In this document: positions 48,691-58,346 of the stretch, one piece after another
How positions within the stretch are numbered: position 1 is the first letter of the stretch
Layout of the letters: each line of letters opens with the position of its first letter
From: Candidatus Elulimicrobiales bacterium
GTDB lineage: Bacteria > Patescibacteriota > Minisyncoccia > Phycocordibacterales > UBA5272
Direction: 5' to 3'
Length of the DNA: 64,000 nt
Assembly (NCBI GenBank): GCA_034927475.1
Contig: JAYFPW010000006.1
Coordinates: 9,197 to 73,196, forward strand
Notes under the pieces: generated by a model
Seen by the model: only the letters and a program-made list of their open reading frames with translations
Told to the model about the DNA's origin: nothing
Database searches by the model: none
Made by a program: the position numbers and the translations under genes

Positions 48691-48760
48691 AATAAAAGGA
48701 CAGAAAAAAGACTTTCAGATACATTGAAAGTCTTTTTCTTTATATTTTATAAGGTTTTTG

Positions 48761-48833
48761 TCGGAGTGCAGGGATTCGAACCCTGAGTCGCTGGTACCCA
48801 AAACCAGAATGTTAGCCGTTACACCACACTCCG
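48761..48833 (-). tRNA. tRNA-Pro(UGG)
   Basis: Reverse complement cggagtg...ctggt-tttgggt-accag...ggttcgaatcc...cactccga; CCA not encoded. Confidence 0.92.
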
Positions 48834-48852
48834 TTATTTTATTTTAAATCTT

Positions 48853-48930
48853 GCAGAATATTTTGTAGACACAGTTGTTGACTAGTTTATTTGCAAAACC
48901 AGTCTATGTTAGCCACTACACCACACTCTG
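48853..48930 (-). ncRNA. tRNA-like element / degenerate tRNA-Pro duplicate
   Basis: 5' half matches the adjacent tRNA-Pro; acceptor stem cagagtg/tattctg is retained; no TTC loop. Confidence 0.55.
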
Positions 48931-48985
48931 AATGAATACTATTTTATCACAAATCTATTTGTAATTCAATTGTTGCCAAAGATTT

Positions 48986-49411
48986 TTAAAGAATAAATTC
49001 TTCATAGAATCTTATTTTAGCTTGTTTGGTATTTACATTTAAAAATACAATTATAGCCATGACTTTTATATCTATTTCCCCTTCCGATATTTTTCTAAAA
49101 GACAAATAATGTTTTATAGCTTTTAATATTCTTTGTCTTTTAGTTTTGGTTAGATTATTTTCTGGAGAATAAGCAAAATCATTTATTTTCTCGAAACTAG
49201 CTATTTTTTTAGTTTTTACCTCTATAAAAGCTAGGTTTTGTAGTTTCACGTGTAAATATTTTTGTCTTTCATTGAAATTCTTGCTAGCAATAATGTCTAT
49301 TTCCCCTCCTTTCACGTGAAAATTCCTTTCAATTATAGAGAAATCTTTATTTTTTAAATATTTCACAGCTAATTCTTCACCCAATTTACCTATTTCATTA
49401 TGTTCAGCCAT
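48986..49411 (-). CDS. yraN: YraN family (UPF0102) endonuclease-like protein
   Basis: GKLGEELAVKYL...ERNF...GEIDII...FIEVKT. Confidence 0.92.
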   Translation of the reverse strand: MAEHNEIGKLGEELAVKYLKNKDFSIIERNFHVKGGEIDIIASKNFNERQKYLHVKLQNLAFIEVKTKKIASFEKINDFAYSPENNLTKTKRQRILKAIKHYLSFRKISEGEIDIKVMAIIVFLNVNTKQAKIRFYEEFIL

Positions 49412-49609
49412 ATATTCATCTTTATTTTATCATAAGTTTCACATGAAATTTTCATGTGAAATCACTTTTTAAGTAAAATATTTAATTTAGAAATTAAAAA
49501 ATAATGTTTGTTTTTAGAATAAACAAAAACGTTTTACGTGAAAAATAAGAAAAACAAAAGAAAAAATAGTAGAACTATAGGAATTAATATTTTTGTTTCA
49601 CATGAAACA
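49242..49609. other. Cluster of six parS-like palindromes
   Basis: 49242 agtttcacgtgtaaat; 49308 cctttcacgtgaaaat; 49435 agtttcacatgaaatt; 49448 attttcatgtgaaatc; 49530 cgttttacgtgaaaaa; 49594 tgtttcacatgaaaca. Canonical parS is TGTTTCACGTGAAACA. Confidence 0.85.
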
Positions 49610-49699
49610 AAAAAGACATAAAATTGAGCAAAAAAGCCTTAAAAATAAAGACTTAAGGAATAAGCCTTATTTTAAGGACTTATTTGAAATAAACCTAGT

Positions 49700-49816
49700 G
49701 TCTTTTAGAAAATGTCTTTTAGAAAATGTCTCTTAAAAACATGTCGTTTATACACATTTGCACGGACTTTTCCACTATATTTTATAAAAGACAAGATTTT
49801 TTTCAAATGTCTTTTT
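49700..49816. repeat. Tandem TGTCnTT motif array next to the parS cluster
   Basis: tgtcttttagaaaa-tgtcttttagaaaa-tgtctcttaaaaaca-tgtcgtttata ... ataaaagaca ... tgtcttttt. Confidence 0.75.
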
Positions 49817-49885
49817 GTTTAAAAAGTCTTTTATTATTCTTCAAATAACCTGAGAGAATATGCTAAGATTTTATATATAACAATT

Positions 49886-50587
49886 ATGAGTAACGATTCT
49901 AAATTTTTATCTAAAAAAGAAATTGTTCTAAATCCAGAATGGAAGCTGATTTTAAAAGATTTTTTCGATACTGAAGATTGGAAGAACTTAACTAGCTTCG
50001 TTAAGGAAGAATATTTAAATAAAAAACAAGAAATATATCCTGACCCCAAAAATCTTTTTAAAGCTTTTGATTTAACGCCATTCTCTAAAGTAAAAGTCAT
50101 AATTTTAGGACAAGATCCATATCACGATAAAGGACAGGCGCACGGACTTTGTTTTTCTGTTCCTGAAAATATTAATCTGCCACCATCTTTAAAAAACATT
50201 TATAAAGAAATAGAAAAAGATTTGAATATCAAAAAAGATTATACAAAAGGGAATTTAGAAAATTGGGCAAAAGAAGGAGTTTTTCTTTTAAATAGTATTT
50301 TAACTGTTATTGCTCATAATCCAGCTTCACATAGAAATAAGGGTTGGGAGAAATTTACTGATCACATAATTTCAATTTTGTCTGATAAAAGAGAAAATCT
50401 TGTCTTTTTGTTGTGGGGGAATTATGCTCGCAGCAAAAAAAGTCTTATAGACTCTAAACGACATTTAATTTTAGAATCCGTGCACCCATCACCATTTTCT
50501 GCAAATAACGGATTCTTTGGTTGTAAGCATTTTTCTAAAACTAACAAATATTTAAAAGAGTATAATATTAAAGAAATAAATTGGTAA
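49886..50587 (+). CDS. ung: Uracil-DNA glycosylase family 1
   Basis: ILGQDPYH, AHGLCFSV, PPSLKNI, LLNSILTV and HPSPFS. Confidence 0.97.
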   Translation: MSNDSKFLSKKEIVLNPEWKLILKDFFDTEDWKNLTSFVKEEYLNKKQEIYPDPKNLFKAFDLTPFSKVKVIILGQDPYHDKGQAHGLCFSVPENINLPPSLKNIYKEIEKDLNIKKDYTKGNLENWAKEGVFLLNSILTVIAHNPASHRNKGWEKFTDHIISILSDKRENLVFLLWGNYARSKKSLIDSKRHLILESVHPSPFSANNGFFGCKHFSKTNKYLKEYNIKEINW

Positions 50588-50677
50588 TTTTTTAATTTAC
50601 AAAAATAAATATCTTTCAAATTGCTTTCCGTTTTGCAAAAGATTTTTAAAAACTCTTTATTTTTAAATGTTTAATGA

Positions 50678-50693
50678 TGTTTCACATGAAAGT
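50678..50693. other. parS-like site
   Basis: tgtttcacatgaaagt. Confidence 0.7.
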
Positions 50694-50784
50694 TATAGTT
50701 ATAAACAGGGGAGTGTTCTCTAAAAATATTTTTTATGATATATTATTACAAGTCGCCTTCGTTATAGGCTTTGGTGTACTGAAT

Positions 50785-50855
50785 GCGGTGTTGGTTTAGT
50801 GGTAGAACACGTCCTTGCCAAGGATGAGACAGGAGTTCGATTCTCCTACGCCGCA
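50785..50855 (+). tRNA. tRNA-Gly(GCC)
   Basis: gcggtgt...cgtcc-ttgccaa-ggatg...gttcgatt...acgccgca. Confidence 0.95.
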
Positions 50856-50896
50856 CAAAATAATCAATAATTATGATTTCTTCTTTTAATTTCAAT

Positions 50897-50967
50897 GCGA
50901 TATTGGTCTAATGGTATGACGCAAGCTTCCCAAGCTTGAAACAAGAGTTCGATTCTCTTATGTCGCA
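50897..50967 (+). tRNA. tRNA-Gly(CCC)
   Basis: gcgatat...caagc-ttcccaa-gcttg...gttcgatt...atgtcgca. Confidence 0.93.
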
Positions 50968-51016
50968 CATAGTTAAGAGTTTATTGCTATTTTTTTGATT
51001 TTTATTATAATTATTA

Positions 51017-51300
51017 TCTCTTTCCCAAATGATTACAGATTTTATTTTTTTAAAATCTGAGGAAAGTCGGAACACATACCTCTTCTTTGAAAGTTAAAAA
51101 GGTAGCGGGTAACGCCCGTCCATCGTGAGATGAGAGTTGCGAACAGTGACGAACCTATTTATTTAGGGTGAAACGGCTAAATACTTACCTGTGTGTAAGG
51201 TCGTGCTTTGATTTATTTCAAAGAGTGCCGCTAGAATTTTGAAGTAATTCAAAATCCAGATAAATAATCATATAAACAGAATTCCGCTTATGTGAAAGAG
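51017..51300 (+). ncRNA. rnpB: RNase P RNA (compact form); ends approximate
   Basis: gaggaaagtcggaacac ... gggtaacgccc ... gggtgaaacgg ... acagaattccgctta (P4 halves). Confidence 0.92.
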
Positions 51301-51363
51301 AATATGAAAAACCACTTGTTAAAGACAAGTGGTTTTTCTTTTGAATCAAGATTTGTTAAATTA

Positions 51364-51687
51364 TTATTTAACGACTTTTTTAGTTGTTGTTTTCTTAGGA
51401 GAGGTCTTTTTTATTTCAACTTTTTTCGTTGTTGGTTTTTTAGCGACAACTTTTTTTACTTCAACTTTCTTTGTCTCATCTTTTTTAATTGGAGCCTTTT
51501 TAGGAATAACGATTGTCTCGTCAACTTCTTCAATTTCAGCAGCTAAAGCTTTATCTTTCAAAGAATTAATTGCTTTCATCGCGGAAGCTTTTTTTGTATA
51601 ACTTTCTGTCCAGAAAATAACTTCTTTTCTGTAAACAAATTGAACCCTAAAACCATTTTCATTCTTAATTAATTTAAATTTGTGCAT
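51364..51687 (-). CDS. DUF1508/YegP-like domain with a Lys-rich histone-like tail
   Basis: FRVQF...EVIFWTESYTKKASAMKAINSLK followed by KK-repeat tail. Confidence 0.7.
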   Translation of the reverse strand: MHKFKLIKNENGFRVQFVYRKEVIFWTESYTKKASAMKAINSLKDKALAAEIEEVDETIVIPKKAPIKKDETKKVEVKKVVAKKPTTKKVEIKKTSPKKTTTKKVVK

Positions 51688-51790
51688 AATGTTTAAAAAT
51701 TTTTAATACAGAGAATATTATAATACAGATTTCTTAAAAAAAGTTTTTTGTTTTACTTGTGTTAATTTTTATGCTAAAATACTTCTGAAT

Positions 51791-51861
51791 GCGGTGTTGG
51801 TTTAGTGGTAGAATACCTGCCTTCCAAGCAGGGGACAAGGGTTCGATTCCCTTACGCCGCA
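51791..51861 (+). tRNA. tRNA-Gly(UCC)
   Basis: cctgc-cttccaa-gcagg anticodon arm; gggttcgattccc. Confidence 0.95.
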
Positions 51862-51890
51862 CAAAAAAATTTGCTAAACTATATTTAGCT

Positions 51891-51962
51891 GCTCCCGTGG
51901 TGAAATGGATATCACATCGGTCTTCGGAACCGCTGTTCTGGGTTCGAATCCTGGCGGGAGCA
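51891..51962 (+). tRNA. tRNA-Arg(UCG)
   Basis: gctcccg...cggt-cttcgga-accg...gggttcgaatcct...cgggagca. Confidence 0.92.
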
Positions 51963-52100
51963 CTGAAAATTTTATTAAAGACAAAACTTAATATAAAAGT
52001 TGTCTTTTAGAAATATATCTTTTTAAGATGTCTTTTATATTTTTTGCTATATAATAGAAGCATTATTAATCTTAATTAAATATAAATATAAAAATTAAAT

Positions 52101-52496
52101 ATGTCATACATAACAAATATTGAAAAAGATACATTAGAAAATTCAAATTTTAGAAAAGTTCTCTTTACCGCAAAACATATGCAACTCGTAGTAATGAGCA
52201 TTCCAGTGGGAGGGGATATTGGAATGGAAACTCACGGAGATGTTGACCAATTTATTAGAGTAGAAAAAGGAAAAGCAAAATCTATCCTTAATGGAGTAGA
52301 AACAGAATTAGAAGATGATTTTTCAGTAATTGTTCCAGCTGGTACAGAACATAATATTGTAAATATTGGAGATGAAGATTTGAAAGTTTATACAATTTAC
52401 GCAAGACCTGAACATAAAAAAGGAACAATTCATACAACTAAAGAAGACGCAATGGCTAATGAGGAACATTTTGACGGTGCGACAGATGTAGAATAA
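52101..52496 (+). CDS. Cupin domain protein
   Basis: GMETHGDVDQFIRVEKG...VPAGTEHNIVN. Confidence 0.9.
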   Translation: MSYITNIEKDTLENSNFRKVLFTAKHMQLVVMSIPVGGDIGMETHGDVDQFIRVEKGKAKSILNGVETELEDDFSVIVPAGTEHNIVNIGDEDLKVYTIYARPEHKKGTIHTTKEDAMANEEHFDGATDVE

Positions 52497-52519
52497 AAAA
52501 TAAAATAAAATGAAAACAG

Positions 52520-54022
52520 ATGACAAATATTTCACAAGAAACGATAAATAAAAAAAATATTCCTGAAGAAGTTCTTTGGGTGTGTGAAATGTTGTCAAAA
52601 AATAACTTCGATAGTTATTTGGTTGGGGGTTGTGTTAGAGATTTATTTCTTTCACGTGAACCAGGAGACTGGGATATCACAACTAATGCAACTCCAGACG
52701 AGATAATTAACATTTTTGGTGAAGATGAAACGGTTTATGAAAATCCTTTTGGAACTGTTGGTGTAAAAATAAGAAAAAATGATAGTGAAACGGAAGAAGT
52801 TGAAATCATAGAAGTTACAACTTATAGAAAAGAAGGAGAATATGAAGATTTTCGTAGACCAAATAAATTAGAATGGGGTAAAACCATAGAAGAAGATTTA
52901 GAGAGAAGGGATTTCACAATGAATGCTATAGCTTATAATCCTATAAACGACATTCTAAAAGACATTTATAAAGGACAAAATGATATAAAGGACAAAATTA
53001 TTAGAACAGTCGGAGAGGCGGAAGAAAGGTTTAATGAGGACGCTCTTCGCATGCTTAGAGCTGTACGCTTTTCAGCTCAATTGAATTTTGTGATTTCTAA
53101 TGAAACCTTAGAGGCTATTTTTCGCTTGGCATCAAATTTAGAAAAAATCTCTAAAGAAAGAATTCGTGATGAATTCATAAAAATAATTATGTCTTCTAAT
53201 CCAATGCAAGGATTACTCATTTCACAAAAATTGGGAATGTTGAAATATATTTCATCTGAGTTAGAAAGTGCCGTTGGAATAGAACAAAACGGACACCACG
53301 CTTTTGATGTTTTCGAGCATTCTCTTCGATCTTTGAATCACGCGGCTTCTCGGGAGTTTGATTTAGAAATTAAGTTAGCAGCTTTGTTCCACGATATCGG
53401 AAAAGTTAAAACCAGAAGATTTGATGAAACGAAAAAAGATTACACTTTTTATGGACATGAAGTGGTTAGCGAAAGAGTGACTAAGAAAATTTTAGAAGAA
53501 TTAAAAGTAGAAAAGAAAGTTATAGAAAAAACTTGTAAGCTAGTGCGATATCATATGTTCTTTTCTGATCCGAATGAAGTTAAGCTTTCTTCTGTCAGGA
53601 GACTTATTGTAAATATCGGAAAAGAAAATATTTGGGATTTAATTAATCTAAGACTTTGCGATAGAATGGGATCTGGAACAAAGAAAGAAGAACCTTGGAG
53701 ACTGCGAAAATTTGAAAGCATGATAGAAGAAGCTCTTCGTGATCCGATTTCTCTCAAAACTTTAAAAATAGATGGAGAAAAAATTATGACTATTCTAAAT
53801 GAAAAACCAGGGAAAAAGATTGGGTTAATTTTGCACGCGCTTTTTGAAGAAGTGATAGACAATGCATCCAAAAATAATTTAGAATATTTAGAGAAGAGGG
53901 TTTTAGAATTAAATAAATTAAGTGAGATAGAATTAGAAAGTTTAGGAACTTCTGGAAAAGATAAAATGCAAAATTTAAACGAAGAAGAATTGGTAGAAAT
54001 AAAGAAAAAGTTTAAAGTTTAA
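52520..54022 (+). CDS. cca: CCA tRNA nucleotidyltransferase with an HD domain
   Basis: YLVGGCVRD, DWDITT, EVTTYR, DLERRDFTMNA, EDALRMLRAVRF, ISKERIRDE and FHDIGK. Confidence 0.93.
   Translation: MTNISQETINKKNIPEEVLWVCEMLSKNNFDSYLVGGCVRDLFLSREPGDWDITTNATPDEIINIFGEDETVYENPFGTVGVKIRKNDSETEEVEIIEVTTYRKEGEYEDFRRPNKLEWGKTIEEDLERRDFTMNAIAYNPINDILKDIYKGQNDIKDKIIRTVGEAEERFNEDALRMLRAVRFSAQLNFVISNETLEAIFRLASNLEKISKERIRDEFIKIIMSSNPMQGLLISQKLGMLKYISSELESAVGIEQNGHHAFDVFEHSLRSLNHAASREFDLEIKLAALFHDIGKVKTRRFDETKKDYTFYGHEVVSERVTKKILEELKVEKKVIEKTCKLVRYHMFFSDPNEVKLSSVRRLIVNIGKENIWDLINLRLCDRMGSGTKKEEPWRLRKFESMIEEALRDPISLKTLKIDGEKIMTILNEKPGKKIGLILHALFEEVIDNASKNNLEYLEKRVLELNKLSEIELESLGTSGKDKMQNLNEEELVEIKKKFKV
52648..52663. 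other. parS-like site inside cca
   Basis: tctttcacgtgaacca. Confidence 0.6.
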
Positions 54023-54045
54023 AATAAAAAACCGCGTAAGCGGTT

Positions 54046-54378
54046 TTATTCTTTGATGAAGAACGGTAAAGAAACATAATCGTAAAGGTAGTTTCCGGCA
54101 TTTTTGTTGTGAGCAGGATATTCACCCTTATCGACGTAATTTTTTCCCATTGTACTTCTGGCGATCTTTTTCCAGAGTTGAAACATTTGAGTTTTTCTGA
54201 TTGTAACTTTTCTTTTTTGCACCCACCAAGCTAAAATATCTGAAGCAGAGTGAATTTCGGAAGGGAGATTGTGGTTGTAAGCCTTACTTCCTTCTATCAG
54301 AGCTTCGTCTATTACCCGTGTGTCAAAATCAGAGATGATCTTTTGTACATCAATCTTCTTAAAATTTTTAGTTTTCAT
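54046..54378 (-). CDS. Hypothetical protein
   Basis: 110-aa ORF convergent on cca, with a shared hairpin at ~54027-54047. Confidence 0.6.
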   Translation of the reverse strand: MKTKNFKKIDVQKIISDFDTRVIDEALIEGSKAYNHNLPSEIHSASDILAWWVQKRKVTIRKTQMFQLWKKIARSTMGKNYVDKGEYPAHNKNAGNYLYDYVSLPFFIKE

Positions 54379-54477
54379 ATAAAGAACAATTTAAAGGTTT
54401 ATAATCTAGGCGAATTATGACAAAAATAAAAAAGTTTAGCAAGTGCTGAAAAAGTTGCTATAATCTTTATTACGACT

Positions 54478-56121
54478 ATGATTCTTACTCCATTACAAAA
54501 TAAAATTCTAGAACAAAAAGGATTTGATTTAGAGAATAAAGCTGAGCTAGAAAAATTTTTATTTCCAAATTGGGATAGAGATTTGTTGGATACAAAAAAA
54601 ATAAAAGACATAGACAAAAGCATCAAAAGAATTAAAAAGGCGATAGATGAAAATGAAAAAATTATTATCTATGCAGACTACGATTGCGATGGAATACCAG
54701 GAGCGGTAATTTTAAATGATTTTTTTGAAAAGATAAATTATAAAAATTTTTCAGTTTATATTCCACACAGACACAATGAAGGCTATGGTTTAAATAAAAA
54801 TGCGATTCAGAAATTTATTGAAGCCGAAGTTTCTTTACTTATTACAGTAGATGTCGGTATTACCAATTTAGAAGAAATAAAATTTGCAGAAGAAAATGGA
54901 ATTAACGTAATTGTCACAGATCATCATCTCCCAATTTTAGACGATAAAGCTAAACAGATTTTACCTAAAGCTTTTTCTATAATAAACACAAAGCAAATAG
55001 GAGATAAGTCCGAAGAAAAGTTTTTGTGTGGAGCTTCGACTGCTTGGAAATTGGTGAATGCTTTTTTAAATAAATATAGAAAAGAATTTGGTATAGGGGA
55101 AGGATGGGAAAAATGGTTGCTGGACATGGTGGGGATTGCAACTATTGCTGACTTGGTGCCTTTAAAAAATGAGAATAGATTATTGGCTAAATATGGTTTG
55201 GCGGTTTTAAAAAAAACTAGACGCCCAGGTCTTTTAAGAATTCTTAGTAATGCAAAAGTTAATCAGAAAAAAATAAATGAAGATGATATAGCTTTTGCTT
55301 TAGCTCCTAGAATAAATGCGGCTTCTCGTATGGCTGAGCCAATACACGCTTTTTATGCTTTACTTCAAAATGAAGAAGCTGTTAATTATGCGAATGAATT
55401 AGAAAAATATAATTCTGCCAGAAAGCAAGAATCTAAAGACGCAGAGACTATTATTGATTATGAAAAATTTTCCGAAGAAAAAATAATTTTGATTGGTGAT
55501 GAAAAGTGGACACCTGGAATAATTGGATTAGTTGCTAGTAGAGTTTGTGAGACAGTCAAGAAGACAACTTTTGTCTGGGGAGTAGGGGAAGATGAAAATA
55601 TTTTAAAAGGATCTGTGAGAGCAGGAGAAGATGGATACAATGTGGTAGAAATCATGACAAGTTGTCAGTATCTTTTTGAAAATTTTGGTGGACATGAGAT
55701 GGCTGGTGGATTTGCAATTCATAAAAATAATTTAGGAAAGTTTCAGGAATTTTTAAGAGAATATAAAATTGAAAGAAAAGAAAATCAAGAAATAGAAGAG
55801 AAGAAAAATTTAGAATTTATTGATATAGAGATTAAAGATGTAAATAGAAAACTTTTTGACCAAATAAAAATTTTTGCTCCGTTTGGAATGCAAAACGAAA
55901 AAATAATTTTTAAAATAAAATTAAAAGAAAATGATTTTGTTCAAAGTAAGAGATTCGGTAAAAATTTAGAACACTTAGAAATTTCTATTAATGGAATTCG
56001 AGGTATAGAATTTTTTGTCAGCGAAGAGAGAGAAAATAAACTTTTAGCTCAAAAAGAATTTTTAATAAATTTGGAATGGGATAATTTTCGAGGAGACATT
56101 GTGATGAGATTTGTAAAATAA
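54478..56121 (+). CDS. recJ: ssDNA exonuclease RecJ
   Basis: YADYDCDG, PHRHNEGYG, TVDVG, TDHH, TIADLVPL, PRINAASR and GGHEMAGG. Confidence 0.95.
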   Translation: MILTPLQNKILEQKGFDLENKAELEKFLFPNWDRDLLDTKKIKDIDKSIKRIKKAIDENEKIIIYADYDCDGIPGAVILNDFFEKINYKNFSVYIPHRHNEGYGLNKNAIQKFIEAEVSLLITVDVGITNLEEIKFAEENGINVIVTDHHLPILDDKAKQILPKAFSIINTKQIGDKSEEKFLCGASTAWKLVNAFLNKYRKEFGIGEGWEKWLLDMVGIATIADLVPLKNENRLLAKYGLAVLKKTRRPGLLRILSNAKVNQKKINEDDIAFALAPRINAASRMAEPIHAFYALLQNEEAVNYANELEKYNSARKQESKDAETIIDYEKFSEEKIILIGDEKWTPGIIGLVASRVCETVKKTTFVWGVGEDENILKGSVRAGEDGYNVVEIMTSCQYLFENFGGHEMAGGFAIHKNNLGKFQEFLREYKIERKENQEIEEKKNLEFIDIEIKDVNRKLFDQIKIFAPFGMQNEKIIFKIKLKENDFVQSKRFGKNLEHLEISINGIRGIEFFVSEERENKLLAQKEFLINLEWDNFRGDIVMRFVK

Positions 56122-56233
56122 TAGTTCTTATAAGAAATAACATAAAAGAGGTATTTTAAAACGGGCCCAGCAAGTGAAAGTCAAAAAATATTCTTTGTTT
56201 TTTAGAGATATCTAAATATGCTAAAATGTTTTT

Positions 56234-56764
56234 ATGAAATTGACTTTCTATACCGATGGGGCGAGTCGCGAAAATCCTGGAAGGGGAGGTTGGGGTGTTT
56301 ATGCGGAAATTTTAGGTAGCGGTGGAGAAGAGAAAACTTTTAAACTCTCTGGCGCAAATCCATACACGACTAATAATAGAATGGAATTAACAGCCTGTAT
56401 ACAAGCTTTAAGATTTTTAGACATGGTAGTTTTAAATAAATATTTTGTAGATAAAAAAAATCTAGGAAAAGAATTTTTAGTAACCATAAAAACAGATTCT
56501 CAATATGTAAAAAAAGGAATAACTGAATGGATAGAAAATTGGCAAAAAAATAATTGGAAGGGAGCAAATAAAAAACCAGTTTTAAATAAAGAGCTTTGGC
56601 AAAAGTTTTTAAAAATAAAAAATACTATTAACGATAAACTTTTAGAAAATAATTTTCCGGAAATTAAATTTGAATATGTAGCTGGACACGCTGGAATTAA
56701 AGGAAATGAGATCGCTGACGAACTTGCGACAGAAGCAGCAGATAAATTATTAGCTGAAGAATAA
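56234..56764 (+). CDS. rnhA: Ribonuclease HI
   Basis: YTDGASRENPGRGGWG, TNNRMEL, TDSQYV, N.ELW and GHAGIKGNEIADELA. Confidence 0.96.
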   Translation: MKLTFYTDGASRENPGRGGWGVYAEILGSGGEEKTFKLSGANPYTTNNRMELTACIQALRFLDMVVLNKYFVDKKNLGKEFLVTIKTDSQYVKKGITEWIENWQKNNWKGANKKPVLNKELWQKFLKIKNTINDKLLENNFPEIKFEYVAGHAGIKGNEIADELATEAADKLLAEE

Positions 56765-56772
56765 AATTATCC

Positions 56773-58329
56773 ATGCCTCTAAAATATTTTATTGCTATAG
56801 CGCTTGGAATATTTTTAGGAATAAATATCGCCTACTCTTTAAATTTTTCTACAGAGATATTTTTTGTTTCACTCGTTATTTGTTTCATAAATTTTTTAAT
56901 CTTTAAATTTTTCAAAAAGAACAGCGGAAAAGAAAAAAGTGAAACACCTATTTTTCTTAGTATTTTATTTTTAAGCTTAGCTTTTGGAATAATTCTAGGA
57001 CAAATTTCAATTTCTAAATCTGTTTTACAAAAAGAGAGATTTAATAATTTCATTTCACAAAAAGAAAATTTTATTGGATTAATCTCCAACGTGAAACAAT
57101 CTGAAAAATCTCAGCAACTTATTTTAAAAATAAAAAACGAGGATAATGATTTCAAAATTAAAATTGTTACAGCAAAATTTCCAGAGTTTAAGGTCGGAGA
57201 ATTTATTAAAGTTGAAGGAAAAATTGGAGAGGGTAAAATTTTATTACCAAATACGGAAAATAAAATAAATAAGTCTTTCGATCTAGAGATTCAAGATAAG
57301 CTAAAAAATATTGATGGAGAAATTGCTTTTCCTAAAATTTTAACTATAGAAAATTTAGAAACAAAAGTGTCTCTTTTTGAAAAATTTTCTTTTTATTTAC
57401 AAAATCAAAAAAGTAATTTTGTCAAAAAACTAGATACTTTAGCTCCGAGAGTTGTAGCCTCACTTACAGCTGGAACAACTTTAGGTGATGATTCTTTATT
57501 TTCTAAAGAAGAGATAAATAATTTTCGAATTTCAGGACTTTCTCATATCATCGTACTCTCTGGTTTTAATATAACTATTTTGATAGTCTTTTTCTCATTC
57601 TTATTTTTAAATTTAAATTTGAGATTAAAATTGCGCATATTTCTAACTCTAGTCTCTATTATTATTTTTATAATTTTTGTCGGCGCAGAACCCTCTATTT
57701 TGAGAGCGGCGATAATGGGAGGAGTCTTACTTTTGGGAAATATCTCTGGTAGACAATATGTCGCCAAACAGGCTCTCTTTTTAGCTGCTTTATTTATGAT
57801 GATACTTAATCCAAAAATTGCAGTTTTTGATATTTCTTTTCATCTCTCATTTTTAGCAACTTTTGGCATACTTTATCTTTTACCAATTTTTGATGAATAT
57901 AAATTTTTTAGCCAAGAAAGATTTAAAAATAAATTTGCAAAAAATCTTTTAGAAATTTTCAAACTTACTTTAGCGGTACAGATTTTAGTCTCGCCATATA
58001 TTATTTTTAAGTTTAGTAATTTATCTCTCTTTGGAATAGTTGGAAATCTTTTAGTGGTGCCAGTGATACCGATAATTATGTTTTTGGCTTTCTTAATAAT
58101 TTTATTTTCTTTTCTTCCAGGTCTTTCTATTTTCTTTGGATATTTATCTTTTATTTTTTCTAAATATATTTTTCTGGTAGTAGAATTTATTTCTAGTTTT
58201 TCTTTTTCGAAATTAGATTTTTCAATATCAAGTTTAGAAATGTTTTTGATTTATTTCTTAATTATATTTTATCTTTCTTTTGAAAAGAAAAGAATTAAGA
58301 TTCAAAAATATTTAAAAGAAGAAAAATAA
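56773..58329 (+). CDS. comEC: ComEC/Rec2 competence protein (OB and membrane channel part)
   Basis: GLSHIIVLSGFNI, PSILRAAIM, ISFHLSFLAT and NLLVVP. Confidence 0.92.
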   Translation: MPLKYFIAIALGIFLGINIAYSLNFSTEIFFVSLVICFINFLIFKFFKKNSGKEKSETPIFLSILFLSLAFGIILGQISISKSVLQKERFNNFISQKENFIGLISNVKQSEKSQQLILKIKNEDNDFKIKIVTAKFPEFKVGEFIKVEGKIGEGKILLPNTENKINKSFDLEIQDKLKNIDGEIAFPKILTIENLETKVSLFEKFSFYLQNQKSNFVKKLDTLAPRVVASLTAGTTLGDDSLFSKEEINNFRISGLSHIIVLSGFNITILIVFFSFLFLNLNLRLKLRIFLTLVSIIIFIIFVGAEPSILRAAIMGGVLLLGNISGRQYVAKQALFLAALFMMILNPKIAVFDISFHLSFLATFGILYLLPIFDEYKFFSQERFKNKFAKNLLEIFKLTLAVQILVSPYIIFKFSNLSLFGIVGNLLVVPVIPIIMFLAFLIILFSFLPGLSIFFGYLSFIFSKYIFLVVEFISSFSFSKLDFSISSLEMFLIYFLIIFYLSFEKKRIKIQKYLKEEK

Positions 58330-58346
58330 AAAGTAAAAAGAAAAAT

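Noticed and set aside
51789-52010. 73-aa ORF from the track
   Set aside because: It overlaps tRNA-Gly(UCC) and tRNA-Arg(UCG); spurious.
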